From the human T2T-CHM13v2.0 reference genome, Homo sapiens: a stretch of DNA of 64,000 bases. Below, one piece after another: positions 31,770 through 42,505 of this stretch. The position numbers were made by a program, and so were the translations under genes. Within the stretch, counting starts at the first letter, position 1; every line of letters begins with the position of its first letter. The notes below the pieces were generated by a model. That model did not search any database and had not been told where the DNA came from. It was given only the letters and a program-made list of their open reading frames with translations. The DNA is taken from NCBI RefSeq assembly GCF_009914755.1, contig NC_060925.1. The stretch is one strand, 5' to 3'.

Positions 31770-33210
31770 CAAATTTTGTTCTTTAATGGCTATGTGAAAC
31801 AAAAGGAGAATAATAATGCCTACCTCATGAAAGGATTCAAAAGTTAAGGAATGTGACGGTCCTAGCCTAGTGATGGATGCTCAGTAGGTGATCAATAAAT
31901 GTGAGTTCCCTCTCTCTGTCTCACAGCGAGCTGCGTGGGCCCTGACAGGAGCTCAGCAGTGCTTTCTGATCGGCTGGGGGCCTGGTTTTGTGTGTGGGTA
32001 GGGGGCAACATTGGGTGAAGTTTTGATAGTTGCCCCCTATAGATTTTAAGACCTGGAAATTCCTCTAAAGGAAATAAATCTGCCCAGATTCCTGTAGAGA
32101 ATTGCTGTGAAGATCAAATGGAAACAAAAGCCGCCATATGAACCTAAGGGAATACCACCATAGCGGGGGCTTGTTGGGTTATGGTCAAAGCAGATCCTTG
32201 GCCTGGGAACTGAGGTATAATTTTTCTCCCTGTCCTCATCACTGTCTCTCTGGGTGACCACAGATGAGCCACTCACTTCTCTGGCTTTAAGGATTTTCTT
32301 CTCTGCCCTAGGTGGGTGAGACTGCCTTCCCTATGAGACAGTACAGCCTAGAGGTCTGGAGTCCAGGACTTGGAGTTTTAATCCAGACTCTACCACTCCC
32401 TACCTCTGTGGCCTTTGACAATTTACTTAACCATTCTGAGCCTTGGTTTCATCACCGTTAAGAAAGTTTAGTAAATCCTCTCCCATAGGTTATGGTGGGG
32501 CTTAAATGGAGAGAAGGCAGTGTCGTCAAAACACACTGGCCTTCATTACTATGCCCAGCGGATGATGCGGTGGAGTGTGTGACTAATCAGGACAATAAGT
32601 CATGTTTGCAGAATGTTTGCGCTCATGCGGTGTTTTCCCACTGGGATCTCATTTAATCCTCGGAACCAGCGTTTGACACAACCATGACTGCATGAGTCTC
32701 ACCCCCATTTACAGATGAGGAAATAGAACCCCAGGGAAGTCTAGTAACTTGCTCAAGATTTTGGTCCTCTGGCTTTATGTTCTAGGTTTTTTTTTAAAAT
32801 ACAAACTATTTCCTTTTGTTTTTTAAAGCTGTATGTCATAAAGTAGTCATAGCTAAGCTTTATTGAGTATAAAATACGATGTAGACAACATGTTTACTTG
32901 TATTACCTTGCTTCTTCTTCATAGAAAACCCTGGGAGGCAGAGAGCATAAAATAACCATTTGCCCAGTTAAGACACCAAGACTGGGAAAGGTTAAGGGGC
33001 TTGCTATTGGCCATGGAGCCAGCAGATGGCTGAGTTAGGGTTTGAACATAGGATGTTTCACTTCGAAACTCGGACTTTTAACCACTCATCTCATGCTAAT
33101 TAGGAAGCAGCAGACTAGAGGGTTCATTGTTAGGACAGGGCTGACAGGGCTGTGGGGTTGGAGGAGAGGGCAGGGGCATGGCCAGTACCCAGAGGCTGCC
33201 CGATACTTAC

Positions 33211-33306
33211 ACAGTCCAGCTTGCTCTTCCTCCACAGGTAGTAGGGGTCGGTGAGTTGCTTGAGGGAGTTCTTGAGATTGACAGCGATCAGGGCTCCTAG
33301 CACAGA
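33211..33306 (-). CDS. SLC26A9: SLC26A9 exon 12 (SVLGALIAVNLKNSLKQLTDPYYLWRKSKLDC)
   Basis: ctctag / GTAAGT boundaries, 96 nt. Confidence 0.95.
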
Positions 33307-33886
33307 CTAGAGAAGCAGAACATTGCTCCAGGACCCCAGGGTCTCCCCTTCTTTTTGCCCTCCTGCGCATACCCGACCCCAAGGCCTGGCAGGACAGAGA
33401 CGGAGTTCTGGAACACCTCCCCTGGCTGATCCCCCAAATCTCTGCATTCGACCTTAGGTTTGGAAAGTGCTGGCGTTAGAGCCATGGGGTCCTTCCTGGC
33501 CCCATCCTTTCCCTATCTCTCTTCCCTCATCTCTAAATGACGCATGCCTAGAGCCCTCCTAGCTGGGCTATATAAGAGCCTGGTACTCGTGGGTAGGTGC
33601 AAATGTTGCCTAGGGATTAGACTCTGAGGCCAGAAGGCTGGAGTTTGGGACCAGCCCTGCGCTGTAAGCTGCCTCACTATGGACAAGGTTACTTAGACTC
33701 TCAGACTCAGTTTCCTTCACCTGTAAAATGGGGAGGATAAAACCTGCATTGTCTACCTCACAGTTTGTGGTTGAGACTAAGTGTGACAACAGTGGCACTT
33801 TGTGGTCCGTAAAGTGCCACACAACTCTCAGGGATTGTTCTTATTGGAGTCTTTCGTTGACTTCTGCTCGATGGCTGGGCTCTTAC

Positions 33887-33964
33887 CTTAGGGAGAGGAT
33901 ACAGATAGATCCCCAGGACCAGCATGGTGATCATCACCACCAGAGACACACACAGGCTGGCCAC
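33887..33964 (-). CDS. SLC26A9: SLC26A9 exon 11 (VASLCVSLVVMITMLVLGIYLYPLPK)
   Basis: aatag / GTAAG boundaries, 78 nt. Confidence 0.95.
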
Positions 33965-34167
33965 CTATTCCGAGAAAGAGTTGGGGATAGAGGGAAGGTG
34001 TGAAATTTTTGCTCTTGATTTATTTCCAATCCATGGCTTTGGTGGAGTGGAGACTAAGACGGGAAGAAGGGGTCGGAGAAGAGCTGGCCTGGCTTGCAGT
34101 GCCCAGGCTTTTTTGGGGCAACTGTTCTCTTACCACCTCCCCCCAACTCCCCTAGAACAAGGCTCAC

Positions 34168-34281
34168 CTGGGATTTTCCTCCAGCTCCATCCACAGCCAG
34201 AGTGACAGAAAGCGCACAGCAAATGACATGAATTTTAAAGAAGGAGCCAAAGAAGTTGCTGCAGCCGAGAGCGATCATCTC
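34168..34281 (-). CDS. SLC26A9: SLC26A9 exon 10 (EMIALGCSNFFGSFF...GAGGKSQ)
   Basis: ctgcag / GTGAG boundaries, 114 nt. The NQE motif spans exons 9-10. Confidence 0.96.
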
Positions 34282-34577
34282 CTGCAGGGAGGGGACAGGA
34301 TTAGAAGCCAGTGTGGGGCTGGGGGGCACGGGGACCAAGTGCAGTCAGGCATGCAAGCTGGACTGTGGGCCTAAGACCTGAGAGTGACCCAGTGGCTATA
34401 AAGTCACACATTCCCAGTCAAGAGGAGGTCAGCCTCTTAGGGTCAGAGGACCCCCTATCCCCCACACTCGAGGCAGCCTGCCTCACCTCAGCCCAGTGAT
34501 CTCCCCACCCAAGATATGTCATGCCAGGCCTGAGTTGACCTGTCCTGCCCAGTCCTGCCGGGGGTGGCCAGAGCTAC

Positions 34578-34725
34578 CTGGTTCGAATCCACGTCGTAGC
34601 CGTGCTTGTTGGCCAGGGTCCGGCCCATAGCCAGGTTGATGACGTAGCTCACGATGGCTAGGGAGAAGGCTGTGCCTATCATGTCCTTCCACTGTGAGAC
34701 CACAGGCGACACCGGGGTGGGGAAC
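34578..34725 (-). CDS. SLC26A9: SLC26A9 exon 9 (FPTPVSPVVSQW...HGYDVDSNQ)
   Basis: ggcag / GTAGC boundaries, 148 nt. Confidence 0.95.
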
Positions 34726-35502
34726 CTGCCGAGGAGCCAGGAAGGAGGCAGAACCCAAGGGTGTGAGTGGGGAGGGCAGCCAAGTCCTTCACCAGCCCAC
34801 AGGGACCAGCCAGGCCCCCATGGTGTGCCGGGATCTTTGCCTAAGTTATCCCATCCAGTCTGAATCCTCAGCACCACCCCATAGGGTAGGGACCATCACT
34901 CCTGTTTTACAAAGGAGGAAACTGAGGCTGAGAGAACCTAACTTGCCCAAGGTCCCCGGGCCAGTATGTGGTAGGGCCTCGTTTGTTAACTCCCAGATTC
35001 TGAACCCTGTATGCTCACGAGTCCACAGACCCCTAGACCTTTGGTGCTATGTGGTCTTCCCTCCCTTGCCTGTTCCAACCCTGCAGGACAAGCGTCACCC
35101 CTCTCCTCCCAGGGCCCAGCATGGTGCCTGGCACAGAGTGGATGCTTCATGAATCTGGTTGAACCTAATAGTTCCCTTTCTACATGGACAAAGAACCAAT
35201 GCATTAGAGCAAGGCAAAGAGCCAGCAAGCGGCTGTTCAGAGAGGCTTTGTTTAACAGCATCAGTTGAATGAGATTTATAAGGGGAGTGTGGCAGTTAAG
35301 ACTCATTTCTCATAAAATAGCCTACATTGGCTGGTTGTGCGGCCCTTCTCAGGAAACGGTAATAGTAATAATTCATACATGGTCAGTGTCATACAGTTTC
35401 GACTGCACTTTCATAGAGTTCATCTTGTCTCCCTCTCCGAGCTCAGGCCTTAGTGGGGCATGAGGTGCGGGTGGGCCAGGCTTCTGGGCCACCTGGACTC
35501 AC

Positions 35503-35585
35503 CCGCGTTGGATTTCTCCCACGATCTGCATGTGATACTTTTTGGGCATCTTACAGCCCCCGGAGATAGCTGTTGCCACCACCAC
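35503..35585 (-). CDS. SLC26A9: SLC26A9 exon 8 (VVVATAISGGCKMPKKYHMQIVGEIQRG)
   Basis: ttgcag / GTGAGT boundaries, 83 nt. Confidence 0.95.
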
Positions 35586-35879
35586 CTGCAAACCCCAGAG
35601 TGGAGAATGGGGATTGGCCCTAAGGTGGGGCCAGGGCAGGCGTCTCTCTCAAGTCTCCCTTTTCTCTGGGGACCCTGAATCCCACTCCCCTGCCTCCTTA
35701 GGGGGAATTATTAGAGCAGTAGAAAGAGAGGAAACGCCACATACGGGGGATGGGATGGATTCACAACTGACTTCCTGTCCCACTGGCTGCCAGTTGAGGG
35801 GATGGGGTGAGGAAAGGTAGGGGCTTCCTCGTCTCACAGCCTGGCCCCCCAACATCCCAGCTCTGAACAAGGTCCTTAC

Positions 35880-36032
35880 CACAATCATCTCTGTAGGGAT
35901 GGGGAAGCGAATCTTGTGCATGTAGCGAGCATTGAGCTCCTTCACCAGCACCAGGAAGGCACCGCTGATGAGAGCGAAGATGAGCGAGGCGATGTTGGTG
36001 TGGGGGAGGTTTTTGCAAATGTCAATGAAGGT
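35880..36032 (-). CDS. SLC26A9: SLC26A9 exon 7 (TFIDICKNLPH...FPIPTEMIV)
   Basis: ccccag / GTAAG boundaries, 153 nt. Confidence 0.95.
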
Positions 36033-36567
36033 CTGGGGGAAAGAGCATCATGCTCACAGGCTCCCACCCCTTCTTCCCATAATACCCCACCTTTGGGTGT
36101 CTGACCCAGGGAAGGGATGCCATCAAAGCTAATGGAGGCACACCAAGACAGAATTAAAACCCTGATCAGGAACCCTGTCCCGTCGCCCACCGCCCTTTCC
36201 CAAAAGGCACATGGGGAACTTGTGCTAGAAAAGGAATGCTTTCTTTTTCTTTAGAAGAGTTTGGGCTGAAGGAGGAGGGATGGAGATTAGACATAAGGCA
36301 GGACTTTCCAGGCAGGGAGGGGTTGAGGCACTAGAATGGGGAACTGGCGGAGAATGTACAGCTCTTTTCTGCAGGGATTAACTACCAAGAACCTCTGTGA
36401 GTCATGACTTTGACCCTCCCAAGACAGAAACCCCCTCAGAATCCTCTCTGAACAACAGCTAAGCCAGCCCTTGCAATGAGGAGCTCACGACATCTTAAAA
36501 CAGTACATCCTCCTCATGTGTCTGCTGGAGCCTTGCTCCAATGGCAGGGGTGCATCCCCAGACTCAC

Positions 36568-36732
36568 AAAGACGATGGACCCTGGGCCTGTGTAGGAGGG
36601 GATGGTCAGTCCGAAGATGTACTTGAGCACCGAAATCAGGATCTGCAGGCCGGCGGCCGTCATGAAGCCCCGGATGAAGGACTCGGAGAGGTAGATGGCC
36701 ACAAAGCCAAACTGCATGAAGCCCAGACCCAT
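36568..36732 (-). CDS. SLC26A9: SLC26A9 exon 6 (MGLGFMQFGFVAIYLSESFIRGFMTAAG...GSIVF)
   Basis: tctcag / GTGAGT boundaries, 165 nt. Confidence 0.96.
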
Positions 36733-36989
36733 CTGAGAGGAGGAAAAGGGTGGTTGGTGGCGGAAGACCAATGTGGTTCAGCAGTTCCAACGACCCGCCC
36801 CACACACACGCAGGTCTGGAGCTCCGTGCAGTCCTAGCGTAGCAGTAGCTTGAGGGAAATGGACCATCTGTGACCTTCACCTGCCCTTCACTGTGCTCTA
36901 CATGGCTGCCATCAGACCTTCAGCTCCTTTAGAGCATGGGCCTTTCTGTCACATCACCTCTCTGGCTTTGGCTTATCTGTAAAATAAGT

Positions 36990-37745
36990 CTAGTCCTCCC
37001 CCAGTGTTTTCTCTCTCAGTAAATGACACCATCATTAACCTGGTTGCCCAACCAAAAACTTGAGAGTCATCCTCCCTTACCTCCCACATCCAGTCTATCA
37101 CCAAGCTCCTGGTAAAACATTCTTTTCAAGTCCAGCCCCATCTCTTTCTCTACCTGGTCTTCGCCTGCATTATTCCTGCCTGGGCCTCTGCAGAGTCTCC
37201 CAACAGGTCCCCTGCCTTGATTCTAATCCACCTCCCACTCATCATTGTGTAGCCCGAACGATCCTTATAAACTGCCAATCAGACCCAAAGTCGCTGTTCA
37301 GAGAACAGACCCCAGATCTCATTGTCTGGCTCCTGCCTACTTTTCCATCCTCTTCTGGGCCCTCTACCCTCCAGCCACACCAAGCCCCTTACTTTGCCTG
37401 CGCAGATCACACTCTCTCAGGCCTCAGTGTTTTTAGGCACTGTTCCTTCTGCCTGGACCATCCTCTGTATACCTTGTTCCTGGTTAAGTTCTCATCCTTT
37501 AAGAGAGGTGGAGTGTCACCTCCTCTTTGAGGTCCTCCGTGACTCTGCTCTGTGTCCCTACAGTCTTTGTACATGGCTCTACTTTGCTGCTTATCTCACT
37601 GCATACAAATTTATCTGTTGACATGGCTCCTTCCTCTGCTGGGCTGTGAGCAACTTGTGAATTGGACCTCTTTCTTACTTATCTTTGTATCCCAGGGTTT
37701 AGCCTAGTTCTTGGCACAAAACCGAATGAATGAGTGAATGAAAAG
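36990..37745 (+). mobile_element. L2 fragment (intron 5)
   Basis: Pyrimidine-rich L2-like body ending GAATGAATGAGTGAATGAA. Similar L2 and MIR relics occur at about 23.2, 32.3-33.1, 33.6, 34.9, 40.2, 41.25, 43.6-45.5 and 51.6 kb. Confidence 0.6.
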
Positions 37746-38002
37746 GCGCTCTCTGGGACTGTGTTTTGCTCTTGCATTCTGTCATGTTGTGCTTCCCTTC
37801 ATAAAACCTAGCAGAATCCTTTGCAACCATTTGCAGAAGCTCAATTTATGTTGTGCAACTGCTGCTGTGGCTTGGAGCAGAGGAGGCTGGAGCGGAGTGA
37901 GGGATGTTAGAGAAAATTAGCAGTCTGCAAGACTATGCTGGCAGAGAGTTGGGTTTCTCCACGGGATAATGGAGAGAGGCTGTGAGTCTTTTACAGGTTT
38001 AA

Positions 38003-38451
<449 letters not shown>

Positions 38452-38544
38452 CCCTAAATCAGATTTAGCATCAAAGCTAAGGCTTTGAGGGAGGGGCAGG
38501 GTGGTCTGATGCCCTTCTAGCAGGGTTGGGGGCTGCCCCCTCAC

Positions 38545-38720
38545 CTGGATGATGGCGGTGAGGCAGGCTAGCGTAGCTGACACGTGCAGCCTCTCAGCCT
38601 CCATGGCTGCTGTGTCCACATAGCTCTCATTGGTGGCATTGTTGAAGACCTGGAATTTCGACTCTGGGGCCAGCTGCAGACAGATGTTACCCACCAGGAT
38701 GCTGATAACGGCAAAGGTAC
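38545..38720 (-). CDS. SLC26A9: SLC26A9 exon 5 ([10 protein letters not shown]...NNATNES...LTAIIQ)
   Basis: ccacag / GTGAG boundaries, 176 nt. Contains two N-X-S/T sequons. Confidence 0.95.
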
Positions 38721-39386
38721 CTGTGGTGCCCCACCCAGCCAGCAAAAATCAGAGGTTTGAACCACACCGATGGAAACCAGAAAGGGGCCCAGGAATGCTT
38801 CCCGACCCCAGGGGGATGGATCCCTGCACCTCCAAGGCTCTTCACCAACACAATAATAACAACCACTCACTCTAACCATGATCTATGCTTTTCAAGGTGC
38901 TTTTACCCCAATGGTCAATATTGTCATACAGGACACGTGAGAAAATGAACTCAGAAATAAGAAATATAAGCAGAGCCTGAACCAGAAACCAGCCCTTGTG
39001 ACCAGGCTTTCCTCCATCTCACTTAGCACCAGAGAAGTCCAAATGTCCCTGTAGTGGCCGGCTGGGACCAACCAGGGAGTTAGATGGTGATTTCTCACAT
39101 CTGTTTAAGCATGTTATAGCATATGGTATATCTTGTTCTGCTAAGTCTTCCTCTCATTCCTAGGAGGAAGATGGAACAGGTAATGCTAACTGAACTCAAA
39201 GAGGCTCAGTGGTTTCTCCAAGGTCACCGAGGACCTGGAAATGACATTCACAGTGACCATTCCCCTAGGACTGACCAGGAACAACTCCAGGAGAATGCAG
39301 ATGGAAAATCTCCCGAGGCCCCTTTGCCACACCTCCCATCCTTGTGGTCTGGGTCATCCTGCCTGCCCAGAGGGGAGAGGCCTTAC

Positions 39387-39497
39387 CTGGCACCATCTGG
39401 TGAACACCCCCCAGGAAGAAGTAGGTCAGGAGGGGGAAGAAGGAGGAGTAGAGGCCATTGACTGCAGGAAGGTTGGCCAGCAGAGCAAATGCCATGC
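39387..39497 (-). CDS. SLC26A9: SLC26A9 exon 4 (MAFALLANLPAVNGLYSSFFP...HQMVP)
   Basis: ctgcag / GTAAG boundaries, 111 nt. Contains the SLC26 signature GLY motif. Confidence 0.96.
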
Positions 39498-39629
39498 CTG
39501 CAGAGGACAACGAGACTGAAGCTCAGCAGCATGACTAGCTTATGGGGATCACAGAGGGATGGAGTGGGGATGAGGAGAGGAATGGTGAGGGGAGTGGCAA
39601 TCCAGGCCTGGCTGAAGGAGCCCCTTCAC

Positions 39630-39769
39630 CTTGTGGGACCTGGATGGATCCCCCGCTGAGTCCACCGAGCAGGTCAGGAATGATGTAGTCTTTAATCTTG
39701 TACTTGGGGAGCCAGGAGAGCACAGGCAGCAGCCCAAACACCACAGCTTTGATCTTGGCTGAGGAACAT
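39630..39769 (-). CDS. SLC26A9: SLC26A9 exon 3 (CSSAKIKAVV...WLPKY...IQVPQ)
   Basis: ttccag / GTGAA boundaries, 140 nt. Confidence 0.96.
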
Positions 39770-42380
39770 CTGGAAGGGAACGGGGAAAATTTCCAGTCGG
39801 CTCTGCATGGCTTGGACATTCCGTGTTGGAGAGGGATTATCATATCCTGCTCATTTCATTCATTGGTTCATTCAAAATTCACTGAACTGTGTGCCAGGGA
39901 TATTGAGAAGAAAAGGCAGGAACTTTTTCTTGAGAGCTCATCAACTTGTCCTGGGCATTAGCTGGAGGTCTTCTGACTGCCAGCTGCTTACCTGGGGAGT
40001 TTATAAGACTTGGCTTAAAGGTATGAGTGTTATGGTGGCTCAGCCTTCGGAGGTATCAGATCCATCCCTTGGCTCAGATGGCTTTTCTCTGGGAAAGTCT
40101 CCTCTGAGTCCTGTCTGTCTGATCCCAGGCCTGGGTAACTGCACCTTGGTTCCTGCCGCTGTGTGTGCATCCTGTGTGTGCATTCCTTGCTTTTTGTCTG
40201 TCTCTCCCACTAGGCAGCAAACCCCACCACGCATGGCAAGAAGTCTAGCTCTCCTGTTCATCTTTGTACACCTCGAGCCTTGCACAGGGGCACTTAGTAA
40301 ATATTTGTTGAATAAATGAATGAGTGAATACACCCGAGTGGGGCCTGCCTGCTGCCATTTTTCTTAGAACTTCCTTGAAAAGGAAGGCTCTATTGTTCCT
40401 GCAGGGTGCACTCTGCTGACTCACTATCCTTTATGTGTGGTAACTCCAATACCGGAGTTCTTTCTCCTGTTAATTCACTGGGCAGCAGAGGAGGGAAGAA
40501 TTCATTGGTCAACGCAGGGTGGGGAGAGTTGATCCCTTCCCTGTTTGTTGAACACCTCAAGGTCCTTTCATAGAAACTCAGGAGCGGTAGGAACAAGGGC
40601 TTACAAACTCAAGGGTGACAGCCGGTGGATTGATGACTGGAAGTGGGTGAGGGGCATTTGCTTTCCTTCTCCCAGTTGAGGGAACTCAAATACTTAGGGC
40701 CCATTTGGTGACTCACTGGCCTGCTCTGATGAGGCTTCCTTTCCTGCCCAGCACCAATTCCTGCTCTTTGCTCTTGCTCAACAATAGTTTCCCTGACACT
40801 CGGTCCCCTGGATGTCACCCAAGACTGAAACCAACAAAGACAATGCTTTGTACCTTGGAAAGTCTGGGCAGATTTTCTCTTCCAACTAACACTCCAAGAA
40901 AAAGCATCATCATCAATATCTTACCCCCTGTCCCTTCTGGGGCTCATGGGTGCCTCTGCCATCCCTGGGATGCTGGAAGGGGAGGTGGACGGGGGATAAA
41001 TTGCTTAATGCAACTCTAAAGCCTTGCTTGAAGAGAGAACCAGCCCTGCAGGGGCTCCATCAGGTCTGTTTGTGGCAGAGAAAGCCGGACTTATGAATAG
41101 AGAGCTGGCTAGGGAAAGAAAAACAACTCATTTGAGGGCTAGTCCATGCCCAACCTTACTTGCAAGTCTGCTGTATGTTGGGCAAAGCAATCTGAAGCTT
41201 GAAAGAAGAACTGGAAACAGAGGCTGAGAGGGATTAGCTTTCTAGACATTCATTCATTCATTCATTCATGAAACAAATATTTATTGGTGCACCTTCTCTA
41301 TGCCAGGCACTGTTCAAGGCTCTCATGCCAGTATCATAGGAATTGTTAGTTTGCTATATCCCTTTACAGCTTTCATTATCCTAATCTTTTAGGACAATAG
41401 CAGATCTTCTCATCCTCAGACTTTGTGCCCTAAAGTCTTGGGCACAAAGACTGGCAGAGACCACCTGTCTGAGGAGCACAGCTGTGAGGACAGACTGTAA
41501 CTGGGCAGAAATGGAGCCTCCCAAGAGAAACAGGGCTGGGCTGGGGCTTTTAGTACAAACTCAAGTGGGTGATTCCCCCGGCCTGAACCAGTTCCACCTG
41601 CGTCTCCACTTCAGCCATTGCCAGTGACCTCAATCCAGGTAACTGAATCAGCCGTTTCCCCAAGGGAGTGAGGGAGAGTGAGTTGGCCTATAGCTGGGCC
41701 AGAGGAGGTCTGCCAGGAGTCTGGGAATGGGGAGGGTGACACCCGCAGCCCCAGCCTCCTGGGGTGTGGGTATGGATCACCTTGTGTAGCGCCTACTTAG
41801 GGACAAGGTTTCATACCCACCATCGCATTTCCAGGGAGATGAGAGTGGAAAGACCCTGGGCGCTGGTAGGACTACACCCTGGTAGGTCCCCTCAGGAAAG
41901 TTCAGAAATTTAGGGCCTCCTTTTGGCATTCTCTGGACCAAGTGGAGGAAGGAACATCCGGGAGGGAAAGGACAAAGAACCTGGGGTGATGGTAACTTCA
42001 GGTATTTTTTGTAAGGAGGGAACAGGGCATGGAGTAAGGGCTCTGATGCTCCCCACCCCTCCATAACGTAGATGCTCATCTACCATGCCTTAACAAACCC
42101 AGAGAGACCCGGGTGAATTGAGAATATGGGAGATGCCATGCAGGGGTTTGGGAATGCCATATAACCCTTCTGGATGGTTCTTGCTCCTGCTCCCCATCCT
42201 CCCTGGGGGTCTCAGTACAGATGAGGTTGTAGGATCTTAAATTCATCATTCAGAACCTCACTTCCCCAGGGCTTCCCTTAACCCCATCTTAGGGATACCA
42301 GTGCAGAAGCCGTGTCCTGGTGCAGAAAGGATTTTGGTAGGGAGCAGAGGAGGCAGAAGTCTGGGCTCTGGACCAGTTAC

Positions 42381-42505
42381 CTGAAGGCATTGCGAAGTTT
42401 CTCTCCCACTGGGTATGTCCGGTCCTTCTTCTCAAACTCATCGTCGAAGAGGGTAAGGGAGTATGCGGCTCTGTCTACCACGTAGCGGGGCCTGGGCTGG
42501 CTCAT
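42381..42505 (-). CDS. SLC26A9: SLC26A9 exon 2 coding part (MSQPRPRY...LRNAF); the exon probably extends to 42523
   Basis: ATG at 42505-42503, donor CAG|GTAAC, 125 nt. The frame continues into exon 3. Confidence 0.95.
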
